Shown here piece by piece: positions 1 through 6,879 of a stretch of 57,578 bases of DNA (position 1 is the first letter of the stretch; the number at the start of each line of letters is the position of its first letter). Both the position numbers and the translations under genes were made by a program. The stretch comes from Kiritimatiellia bacterium. GTDB lineage: Bacteria > Verrucomicrobiota > Kiritimatiellia > RFP12 > UBA1067. Location: the NCBI GenBank assembly GCA_016303225.1, contig JAEDMC010000001.1:1-57578 (forward strand). The letters run 5' to 3'. Under the pieces are notes generated by a model. That model worked only from the letters and a program-made list of their open reading frames with translations. It was not told the origin of the DNA and made no database searches.

Positions 1-372
1 GATCGGCGTCGCCAGCGCGGGGAAGGAGGCGACGACGACGCAGGGATAGGGATTGATCGCCCGGGCCTTCAGCGCGGCAATCGTCTTCAGCCGCGTGCCG
101 AGGGCCGACTTGTCGTCGGCGAGCTTGGGCGGCAGCTCCAAGATTCGCGTGGGTGATTTCGCCGACAGGATCTTCAGGTCATCGGCGAGGCGATCGGCTT
201 CGGGCTGGCCGGGCGTGATGGCAAGGATGAGGCGGTCGTCGCGCGTCAACGTCAGCGCCAGAAACGCGTCGGCGGAACCGGTCAGGGACGGAATGCAAAC
301 GGAAAGCGCCTCCCCGTTTTTCCCGCGGGGGGGTGTGAAGCGCGAAGCAAAAAGCTCAAGCGCGTTTTGCAT
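1..372 (-). CDS. mfd: Transcription-repair coupling factor Mfd, N-terminal fragment (runs off left edge)
   Basis: Absent from ORF track because truncated. Hand translation from ATG 372-370: MQNALELFASRF..CIPSLTGSADAFLALTLTRDDRLILAITPGQPEADRLADDLKIL..VVVASFPAL. This resembles the UvrB-homology N-terminus of Mfd. Confidence 0.5.
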   Translation of the reverse strand, partial: MQNALELFASRFTPPRGKNGEALSVCIPSLTGSADAFLALTLTRDDRLILAITPGQPEADRLADDLKILSAKSPTRILELPPKLADDKSALGTRLKTIAALKARAINPYPCVVVASFPALATPI

Positions 373-379
373 GACGCGT

Positions 380-387
380 ATTATACA
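380..387 (-). promoter_or_regulatory. -10 box TGTATAAT, 7 nt before the mfd ATG
   Basis: Minus strand ctgTATAATacgcgtcATG. Confidence 0.55.
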
Positions 388-419
388 GAATAATCCGCAA
401 CGTGAGAAGCGCGGTCAAG

Positions 420-1613
420 TCAGAGCTTCGTCCAGCGGTTGCCGGACTTGGCCGACTTGAGCGCGGCCTCGACGAAGCGCATCGAGCGGATGCCGGCACG
501 GGCATCGGGGAAGTCTCGCGCCGTGCGCGAGACGACCGCCGCGACGAACTCGTCGTAGATGTTCCCGAGCGCCTCGACGAAGCCCTCGTGATGTCCCGCC
601 GGGAACCGCGAGGCGCGCTGCGCGCCTTCCGAGAGATCGGCCATGTAGGGCGCCTTGCGCTTGAACGTCATCTCGGGCTTCAGCGGATACTTCACCGACA
701 GGTAGTTGGGCGTCTCCTGGTCCCAATACAGCGAAGCCTTGTCGCCGTAGACGCGAAGCCGCACGCCGTTCTCCTCGCCGGTCGCCACCTTCGAGACGAC
801 GAGCGAGGCCTTGGCGGAGAAAGCGGAACCTTTCGCCGTCCGGGAGCGAGTGAGCGGAGCGGAACAAGCGGACGAACGGCCTCCCAACCGCATCAGGATT
901 GACGCGTCGTCGTCCAGCCGGTTGCCGGGCGCGAAGGACGAGAGATCGGCGAGAAGCGCCTTCGCCTCCAGTCCCGTCACGTACTCGATCATCGTGAACG
1001 CGTGGACGCCGATGTCCGCGACGACGCAGCTCGGACCCGACACCTTGGGATTCATCTTCCAGGCGTTGCGCTTGTCGAGCGGCTTCGTGAAGTCGATCTT
1101 GCGGAAGCTCCCCTGCACGTACTCGAGGACGACCTTGTCGATCTTGCCGAGCTCGCCCTTCTTCACCAGGTCGCGCGCAAGCTTCACCATCGGGTAGCCC
1201 GTGTAGGTGAAGGGAATGCCGAGGATGAGACGCTTGCGCTTCGCGATGCGGCCGAGCTCCTCCGCCTCCTTCACCGTGAGCGAGAGCGGCTTTTCGCAGA
1301 AGACGTCGAGGCCCGCTTCCAGCGCGGCCTTGGCGACCGGATAGTGCGTCTCGTTCGTCGTGCACACGACGAGGAAGTCGAGACGGTCCGCCTCTGCGGC
1401 GATCAGCTTGCGCCAGTCGGAGTAGACGCGAGTCGGATCGAGTTGCAGCTTCTCGCCGGAGACGGCGTTCACCTTGGAATCGCGCGAGAAACAGCCGGCG
1501 ACAAGGTCGGCGAGGTTATCCATCCGGATCGCCATCCGGTGAATGGGACCAATAAAGGAGCCGCGCGCTCCGCCAACCATGGCATAGGTGAGTCTCTTAG
1601 TCTTTTTCTTCAT
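420..1613 (-). CDS. Gfo/Idh/MocA family NAD(P)-dependent oxidoreductase
   Basis: 397 aa. N-terminal Rossmann segment (YAMVGGARGSFIG..), EKPL motif (VFCEKPLSLT) and a C-terminal alpha/beta domain typical of the family. Confidence 0.85.
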   Translation of the reverse strand: MKKKTKRLTYAMVGGARGSFIGPIHRMAIRMDNLADLVAGCFSRDSKVNAVSGEKLQLDPTRVYSDWRKLIAAEADRLDFLVVCTTNETHYPVAKAALEAGLDVFCEKPLSLTVKEAEELGRIAKRKRLILGIPFTYTGYPMVKLARDLVKKGELGKIDKVVLEYVQGSFRKIDFTKPLDKRNAWKMNPKVSGPSCVVADIGVHAFTMIEYVTGLEAKALLADLSSFAPGNRLDDDASILMRLGGRSSACSAPLTRSRTAKGSAFSAKASLVVSKVATGEENGVRLRVYGDKASLYWDQETPNYLSVKYPLKPEMTFKRKAPYMADLSEGAQRASRFPAGHHEGFVEALGNIYDEFVAAVVSRTARDFPDARAGIRSMRFVEAALKSAKSGNRWTKL

Positions 1614-1651
1614 GGAATCTACGCCCGCCTTTCTGGCATGAGCGGGAAATC

Positions 1652-2251
1652 CTACATACGGCCGCTCAGCGCGTCAATCAGGTCGCAGAGGCGCTTGTAG
1701 CACATGCCAAGGTCGTCGTTCGTCACCTGATACATGTACTCGCTTGCGCGGGCCATCTCGCCCTCGGCGTTCGCCAGACGCCGTTCGATCACTTCGGCGG
1801 AATCGGTGCCGCGCCCCTCCAGGCGCGCGCGCAGCTCCTCCATCGACGGCGGATTGATGAAGATGTCGACATAGCCGATCTTGAGCGGATCGGTGTTCGG
1901 AAGCTTGCGGACGTAGTCGCGCACCTTCGCCGCGCCCTGCACGTCGATGTCGAGGATCATCGAGTTGCCTTCGGCGAGCACGTCCTCGATCGGACCCTTC
2001 AGCGTGCCGTAATAGTTGTCATGCACCTTGGCATATTCAATGAAGGCGCCTTCCTTGATCAGCTCCTCGAAGCGCTCCTTCGTCTTGAAGTGGTAGTCGA
2101 GGCCGTCCTCCTCCTCGCCGCGTGGCGCACGCGTGGTGCAGCTGATGGAGTAGACGATGTCGCAGTACTCCTGCAAGATCATGTCGATGAGCGTGGACTT
2201 CCCGCAGCCCGACGGCGCGGAAAGGACAAGGAAAAGTGGCTTCGTTTTCAT
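1652..2251 (-). CDS. gmk: Guanylate kinase
   Basis: 199 aa. P-loop SAPSGCGKST, TTRAPRGEE.DG.DYHF and YYGT motifs. Confidence 0.95.
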   Translation of the reverse strand: MKTKPLFLVLSAPSGCGKSTLIDMILQEYCDIVYSISCTTRAPRGEEEDGLDYHFKTKERFEELIKEGAFIEYAKVHDNYYGTLKGPIEDVLAEGNSMILDIDVQGAAKVRDYVRKLPNTDPLKIGYVDIFINPPSMEELRARLEGRGTDSAEVIERRLANAEGEMARASEYMYQVTNDDLGMCYKRLCDLIDALSGRM

Positions 2252-2260
2252 TGGAGGAAT

Positions 2261-2266
2261 ATTATA
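2261..2266 (-). promoter_or_regulatory. -10 box TATAAT, 9 nt before the gmk ATG
   Basis: Minus strand gcTATAATattcctccaATG. No SD on the sense strand. Confidence 0.5.
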
Positions 2267-2278
2267 GCAAAGTTCGCG

Positions 2279-3247
2279 TCAGGCGAGGCCGCCGACATAG
2301 CGCGAGAGCTTCTGGCGCAGCACTTCGACGAGGCGGGCGTCGTCTTCGTAGGAAATGGACACGAGCTTCTTCGCCGCGCGCTGGTAGAGGACGTGCTTGC
2401 GCCGGCGGTTGGCATTGTACTCGGGCGTGTTCATGCCGTAGTATTCGATGTAGACGTCGAATTCCGGCAGGTAGAAGTCGGGCCTGATCGTGTCCGCACC
2501 GGAAATGCGGTAACGCTCGTCGTATTCGTACGCGATGCCTTCCCGCTCGAGAAATTCGGCGATGCGCTTCTCGCCCCAGCTCTGCACGGCGGTACCGCCC
2601 GTCGTCCGTTTCGCCTTGGCCGCGTCGACCTTGGACTCGAAGTCGTGGTTCTCGAATTCCTTTTCGTCGCTGCAGTGGCGGCAGTAGGCGCGTCCCCAGC
2701 GTTCCATTGACGTCTGGTACTGCTCCTCGTCGATGATCCGGCGGCAGCGCGTGCACCAGTGGTTCAGGAGGGCGATGCGACTGCGGTTCGCCTTCTGGAT
2801 CTCGGCGACGGCCTCGGCCGCCGCCGTCCTCACGTATCCGGGGGCGGTCTCGTCGCGAGCAACGTCCTTCAGGGGGTCGACGAAGAGGAGCGCGGCCTTC
2901 GGATATTTGCCGATTGCCTTTGCCGCGTACTGGCGGACCTGGGGATGAGGATCGTTTTCCGCAAGTTCGACGAGTCTTGGCAGGAAGTCCGGGGCGGGCT
3001 GCTCCGGCGCCATCTTGCCGAGCGCGGACGCGGCGAGCCGGCGGACGTCGGCGAAGGAACTGCCGATAAACTCCTTGAGTTCGCGCGCAGCGCCGAGGCG
3101 GTGGGTGAGTCCTTCAGGGAGAGGAAGGGCGAGCGCAGACGCGGCGATTTCGTTCGGTTTCTCAGGATCGGGATCAAAGAGATGGCTCAGCGCCCGGACA
3201 CGTTCACGCTCCTGATGCTGTTTCACTTTCAGAGGATCGCTCGCCAT
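2279..3247 (-). CDS. HEAT-repeat / zinc-ribbon / PD-(D/E)xK-like nuclease-fold fusion protein, function unknown
   Basis: 322 aa. N-terminal HEAT-like repeats (RRLAASALGKM.., DPHPQVRQYAAKAIGK, VRTAAAEAVAEI), then CTRC..CRHC, then a C-terminal SWGEKRIAEFLEREGIAYEYDERY..RPDFYLPEFDVYIEYYG module like the nuclease-fold N-domains of helicase IV-type proteins. Confidence 0.6.
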   Translation of the reverse strand: MASDPLKVKQHQERERVRALSHLFDPDPEKPNEIAASALALPLPEGLTHRLGAARELKEFIGSSFADVRRLAASALGKMAPEQPAPDFLPRLVELAENDPHPQVRQYAAKAIGKYPKAALLFVDPLKDVARDETAPGYVRTAAAEAVAEIQKANRSRIALLNHWCTRCRRIIDEEQYQTSMERWGRAYCRHCSDEKEFENHDFESKVDAAKAKRTTGGTAVQSWGEKRIAEFLEREGIAYEYDERYRISGADTIRPDFYLPEFDVYIEYYGMNTPEYNANRRRKHVLYQRAAKKLVSISYEDDARLVEVLRQKLSRYVGGLA

Positions 3248-3380
3248 TCTCTTTTTCCTTTCTTTCTTTCTTTTTTCTTTCTTTTCTCTTTTTCCGATAC
3301 GTTGCTTCTTCTTTCTTTTCTCTTCTTCCGATACGTTGCTTTTTCTGCTTTTTCTTCTTTCGTTTGCCTTTTATCTTTCA
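3248..3380. repeat. 133-bp polypyrimidine (plus) / polypurine (minus) tract with a 34-nt-period duplication
   Basis: The plus strand is almost only C/T. ccgatacgttgc occurs at 3294-3305 and 3328-3339. The tract lies directly upstream of the HEAT-fusion gene start (3247) on the minus strand. Confidence 0.9.
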
Positions 3381-3391
3381 GCATGCTGAGA

Positions 3392-3695
3392 GGACTCACT
3401 CGCATTCGCTCGTTCCGTCCTCTCAGGTGCTCGCTGCCAGCGACAACTCCTTTTCTCGGATAACTCCTTTTCTCGCTCGTTCCGTCCTCTCGGGTGCTCG
3501 CTTCCGGCGACGACTCCTTTTCTCGCTCGTTCCCTCCTCTCAGGTGCTCGCTTCCGGCGACAACTCCTTTTCTCGCTCGTTCCGTCCTCTCCGGTGCTCG
3601 CTTCAGGCGACGACTCCTTTTCTCGCTCGTTCCGTCCTCTCGGGTGTCTTCAGGCTTGACTGTCCCGGGCGGAACGAGCGAGAGCGAGTGAGTCC
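3392..3695. repeat. Spacer-less 50-bp tandem array (4 full copies plus 1 partial; first copy 67 bp) bracketed by 25-bp inverted repeats
   Basis: The anchor cgctcgttcc occurs at 3407, 3474, 3524, 3574 and 3624. Unit: cgctcgttccgtcctctcgggtgctcgcttccggcgacgactccttttct. The IR arms ggactcactcgcattcgctcgttcc (3392-3416) and ggaacgagcgagagcgagtgagtcc (3671-3695) match at 23/25 positions. Confidence 0.9.
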
Positions 3696-4387
3696 GGGAC
3701 CATCGAGAGAAATGCAGTGGCATTGCGATCCGTCAGAGTCTCCAGTTCGGAGAGCGACAGGCCTCGCAGCTCTGCCGTCTTCGCGGCGACATCGCGCACC
3801 GACGGACACGTCGCCGCATTTTCCGGCGTCCGGTCCGTCTCAAGAAGCAGGCGTTCAAGCGGGATCTTCTTCACCAGTTCCCGATAGTTGACGGCATGGT
3901 CGTTGAGAACCGCCGGCCCGACCGAGATATAGCCATTGAGCTTCACGATGTCAGGGATGAGTCCGTCGGAGCGAGAGAAGCCATGAAAGAGAAAAGACGA
4001 AGGTTGAATGCTGAAGGTTGAATTTCCACCATTCCTCATTCCTAATTCTAAATTCTGAATTTCTCTCACGACCTGGCCCCAGCACTTTGCGCCGTGAAGG
4101 ACGACGGGGCGTCTGAGCTCGAAGGCAAGCTTAAGCTGCGCGACGAAGACTTCGCGCATCCGCGGCGAAATCTCTTTCTGCTTCAGCCGGTCGAGGCCGA
4201 TCTCGCCAACGCCAGGGATGAGGGATGAGGGATGGGGGATGAGTTTTTGGCGGAGAGCCTCATCCCTCAGCCCTTCCTCTCCCAGCCCTTCCGCCTCCCA
4301 CGGATGAATGCCGAAGAAGTCGCGTCCGATCAGGAACTCCCGAACGGACGGATCCCCGCAGGACACATGGCAATGCGCATCCGTCAT
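3650..4387 (-). CDS. TatD family metal-dependent hydrolase (paralog 1)
   Basis: The true start MTDAHCHV at 4387 forms an ATGA overlap with the upstream stop. GEIGLD, VVLHG and ETD motifs are present. The ORF-track N-terminal extension to 4606 is rejected. The gene contains two micro-array insertions. Confidence 0.85.
   Translation of the reverse strand: MTDAHCHVSCGDPSVREFLIGRDFFGIHPWEAEGLGEEGLRDEALRQKLIPHPSSLIPGVGEIGLDRLKQKEISPRMREVFVAQLKLAFELRRPVVLHGAKCWGQVVREIQNLELGMRNGGNSTFSIQPSSFLFHGFSRSDGLIPDIVKLNGYISVGPAVLNDHAVNYRELVKKIPLERLLLETDRTPENAATCPSVRDVAAKTAELRGLSLSELETLTDRNATAFLSMVPDSLALARSARDSQA
3999..4066. repeat. Stutter micro-array (gaaggttgaat x2, cattcct x2, aattctr x3) inside tatD paralog 1
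   Basis: Sequence: gaaggttgaatgctgaaggttgaatttccaccattcctcattcctaattctaaattctgaatttc. It encodes the extra peptide EIQNLELGMRNGGNSTFSIQPSS. Confidence 0.85.
4214..4292. repeat. Heptamer micro-array (agggatg x4) plus inverted partner ctcatccct
   Basis: agggatg at 4214, 4221 and 4228, and ggggatg at 4235. The partner cctcatccctcagcccttcc.. lies at 4258-4292. It encodes LIPHPSSLIPG directly before GEIGLD. Confidence 0.85.
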
Positions 4388-5100
4388 TTGCCAAAGCGGA
4401 GCTTCAGCGCGATCTTGATCGACTCCGTCGCGATGCCAGGCGTGATCTTCGAGTAGCCGGCGACGCGGTCGGTGAAGACGATTGGAATCTCCTTGATCGC
4501 ACTGCCAGCCTTCCACGTGCGGTGGTTCATCTCCAGCTGGAACGAATAGCCCTTTGATCCGACCGTCGTGAAGTCGATCTTCTTCAGCGTCGACACGCGC
4601 CAGCACTTGAACCCGCCCGTCGGGTCCCTGAGCGGCATGCCTGTCACCGTGCGGATGAAGATGCCGCCCGCACGGGAGATGAGACGACGCTTGAACGGCC
4701 AGCCCGGCGTGTCGCCGCCCGGAACATAGCGCGAGCCGATGACGAGGTCTGCTCCTTCCATGGCTTCGATAAGCCGCGGGACGTCCTTCGGGTCGTGGGA
4801 GAAGTCGCAGTCCATCTGGATGACCAGATCGGCGCCGAGCTCGATCGCCTTCTGGAAGCCGGCGACGTAGGCGCGACCAAGACCTTCCTTCTTCTCGCGG
4901 TGCAGACAGTGGATGCGCGGCTCCGTTTTCATCATCTCCTCGATGACGTCTCCCGTCCCGTCCGGCGAGTTGTCGTCGACAAAGAGAAGTTCCAAGGTTT
5001 GAGTCTCGGGGTTTGACGATTGACGTTGGAGGACGGCATCGGCCATCTTCTTCACGTTGTCACGTTCGTCATACGTCGGGATCACTACGATCGCCTTCAT
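4384..5100 (-). CDS. GT2 polyprenol-phosphate mannosyltransferase (Dpm1/Ppm1-like)
   Basis: The start MKAIVVIPTYDERDN is consistent with the ispF stop at 5117. Motifs: FVDDNSPDGT, QMDCDFSHDP, GSRYV. Confidence 0.85.
   Translation of the reverse strand: MKAIVVIPTYDERDNVKKMADAVLQRQSSNPETQTLELLFVDDNSPDGTGDVIEEMMKTEPRIHCLHREKKEGLGRAYVAGFQKAIELGADLVIQMDCDFSHDPKDVPRLIEAMEGADLVIGSRYVPGGDTPGWPFKRRLISRAGGIFIRTVTGMPLRDPTGGFKCWRVSTLKKIDFTTVGSKGYSFQLEMNHRTWKAGSAIKEIPIVFTDRVAGYSKITPGIATESIKIALKLRFGK
4996..5029. repeat. Stutter micro-array (ggtttga-type) inside the GT2 gene
   Basis: Sequence: ggtttgagtctcggggtttgacgattgacgttgg. It encodes QRQSSNPETQTLE between conserved blocks. Confidence 0.7.
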
Positions 5101-5116
5101 CTTTTCTTCTCCACTG

Positions 5117-5596
5117 CTAAATTCGCGCCTCTTCCAACAGACAGACCGCATGAACCGAGATGCCGACACCGGCGCCGACGTCGTCCATCTTCTCGTTCGT
5201 CTTGCCCTTGACCGAGACTCGTCCCTTGCCGACGCTCATCACGGACGCGAGACGCTCGCGGATCAGCTCGATGCAGGGCCTGAGCTTCGGACGCTCGCAG
5301 ATGACCGTCGCGTCAACGTTGCCGATGCGATAGCCCGCGGCGCGGACCTCCCTCGTGACGGCAGCCAGGAGCTCGGTCGAATCGACGTCCTTCCACTGCG
5401 GATCCGTGTCGGGAAAATGCGAACCTATGTCCCCGAGCGCCGCCGCGCCGAGCAGCGCGTCGACGATCGCGTGGATGAGGACATCCGCGTCGGAATGTCC
5501 GGCGAGGCCGGTCTCGCCGGGAAACTCGATTCCGCCGAGGACGAGGCGACGTCCTTCGGCGAAGCGATGTGAATCATAACCAAAGCCTATGCGCAT
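5117..5596 (-). CDS. ispF: 2-C-methyl-D-erythritol 2,4-cyclodiphosphate synthase
   Basis: MRIGFGYDSHRF..GHSDADVLIHA..DIG. Start set at 5596; the ORF-track extension to 5659 is rejected. Confidence 0.95.
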   Translation of the reverse strand: MRIGFGYDSHRFAEGRRLVLGGIEFPGETGLAGHSDADVLIHAIVDALLGAAALGDIGSHFPDTDPQWKDVDSTELLAAVTREVRAAGYRIGNVDATVICERPKLRPCIELIRERLASVMSVGKGRVSVKGKTNEKMDDVGAGVGISVHAVCLLEEARI

Positions 5597-5600
5597 GGGA

Positions 5601-5657
5601 GATTTGACGTTTGGGGTTTGAGGTTCAACGTCAAACGTCAAACCCCAAACTTTGAAC
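5601..5657. repeat. Intercistronic palindromic micro-array (13-bp perfect stem)
   Basis: gtttggggtttga (5609-5621) pairs with tcaaaccccaaac (5638-5650). The 16-nt loop contains the coaC stop codon (5631-5633). Confidence 0.85.
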
Positions 5658-6155
5658 AATCTTCTGAGGATCCATCATGCGGCCCTGTCCCTTCACGCCG
5701 CAGGCAAGTTCGCCGTCGACCGGTTCGATGACCGTGACGCCGCGCGCCTTCAGGGCCGCGATGTTCTCCTGCGTGACGGGGCTTTCCCACATGCCGGTGT
5801 TCATCGCCGGGGCAATCGCGATCGGCGCGCGCGTCGCGAGCAAGGTGGCGGTCAGCAGATTGTCCGCCAGCCCGTAGCGCATCTTCGCAATCGTGTTCGC
5901 CGTCGCCGGCGCGACGAGCGCAAGGTCGCATTCGGAAAGCGCGATGTGCTCCGGCTTCCAGCTCACGATCGGCGCAAACTGCTCGACGTAAACCGGGTTC
6001 CGGGAGAGCGTCTGAAACGTCAGGGGCTTGACGAACTCGCACGCCGCCGGCGTCATCACGACCTGAATCGTGTCGCCGTTCTTGACGAAAAGGCGCACGA
6101 GCTCGACGGCCTTGTAGGCCGCGATGGAACCGGTGACGCCGAGGAGTATCTTCAT
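5631..6155 (-). CDS. coaC: Phosphopantothenoylcysteine decarboxylase-type flavoprotein (stand-alone CoaC half, no CoaB domain)
   Basis: MKILLGVTGSIAAYK..PAMN..M motifs; 175 aa from the ATG at 6155. The upstream extension to 6347 is rejected. Confidence 0.8.
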   Translation of the reverse strand: MKILLGVTGSIAAYKAVELVRLFVKNGDTIQVVMTPAACEFVKPLTFQTLSRNPVYVEQFAPIVSWKPEHIALSECDLALVAPATANTIAKMRYGLADNLLTATLLATRAPIAIAPAMNTGMWESPVTQENIAALKARGVTVIEPVDGELACGVKGQGRMMDPQKIVQSLGFDV

Positions 6156-6156
6156 A

Positions 6157-6194
6157 GGTATTGAGGTATTGAAGTGAGAGGTATTGAGGTAATG
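6157..6194. repeat. Stutter micro-array (ggtattgag x3) between rpe and coaC
   Basis: Sequence: ggtattgaggtattgaagtgagaggtattgaggtaatg. It starts 2 nt upstream of the coaC start codon. Confidence 0.8.
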
Positions 6195-6210
6195 TCTTTC
6201 GTCTAACGTC

Positions 6211-6864
6211 CTAAGCCAGTGAGACCGATGACCGAAGACATGAAACGGCTTTTGCCATGTCGGACTGTTTAAAGAGATAGCTGCCGGCGACGAACTGGTT
6301 GGCGCCGGCCTTCGCGGCGAGAACCGCCGTCTCGCCGTTGACTCCACCGTCGACCATGATGTCGAGTTCCGGACGACGCTCCCGGAGCCACGTCACCTTC
6401 GGCAAGCACTCGGCGATGAACTGCTGTCCGCCATAGCCCGGATGCACCGTCATCACCAGTGCCTCGTCAATCTCGTCCAGATACGGCGCGAGGCGTTCGA
6501 CGGGCGTCTCCGGATTCAGGACGATCGCGTTCTTGAGACCCAGCTCGCGGATTCGCTTCAGCTCCACGTGCAGGTTGCAGTCCGCCTCGACGTGCACCTG
6601 GATCGTCTCGGCGCCGGCCGCGGCGAACTTCTCCAGATAGAGATCGGGGCGCGACATCATCAGGTGGACGTTGCGGTAGAAGCCGGGAGCGGTCCGCTTT
6701 GCGAGCGCGACGACGTCGGGGCCGAACGAGAGGTTCGGGACAAAGTGCGCGTCCATGATGTCGAGGTGCAGCGCCTCGGCGCCAGAGGCCTCGGCCCGGA
6801 GAATCTCGTCCGCGAGCCGTCCAAAATCGGCTGCGAGCAACGAAGGCAGGATTTCAATCTTCAT
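6211..6864 (-). CDS. rpe: Ribulose-phosphate 3-epimerase
   Basis: 217 aa. Motifs: PSLLAADF, LHLDIMD.HFVPN, VHPGYGGQ.F. Confidence 0.95.
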   Translation of the reverse strand: MKIEILPSLLAADFGRLADEILRAEASGAEALHLDIMDAHFVPNLSFGPDVVALAKRTAPGFYRNVHLMMSRPDLYLEKFAAAGAETIQVHVEADCNLHVELKRIRELGLKNAIVLNPETPVERLAPYLDEIDEALVMTVHPGYGGQQFIAECLPKVTWLRERRPELDIMVDGGVNGETAVLAAKAGANQFVAGSYLFKQSDMAKAVSCLRSSVSLA

Positions 6865-6870
6865 AGGCTC

Positions 6871-6879
6871 ATTATATCA
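6871..6879 (-). promoter_or_regulatory. Extended -10 TGATATAAT, 6 nt before the rpe ATG
   Basis: Minus strand TGATATAATgagcctATG. Overlaps the TAA stop of the MFS gene. Confidence 0.6.

Noticed and set aside
3404-3646. Possible CRISPR array (regular 50-bp periodicity)
   Set aside because: The units are directly abutting copies of one sequence with no unique spacers between them. No cas genes are nearby. It is a tandem repeat, not a CRISPR.
3229-3891. ORFs 3229-3723 (minus) and 3364-3891 (plus) across the repeat region as protein genes
   Set aside because: The 50-nt period is not a multiple of 3, so each copy is read in a different frame. The composition is low-complexity (R/S/E/K). Both overlap the well-supported tatD-1 3' end.
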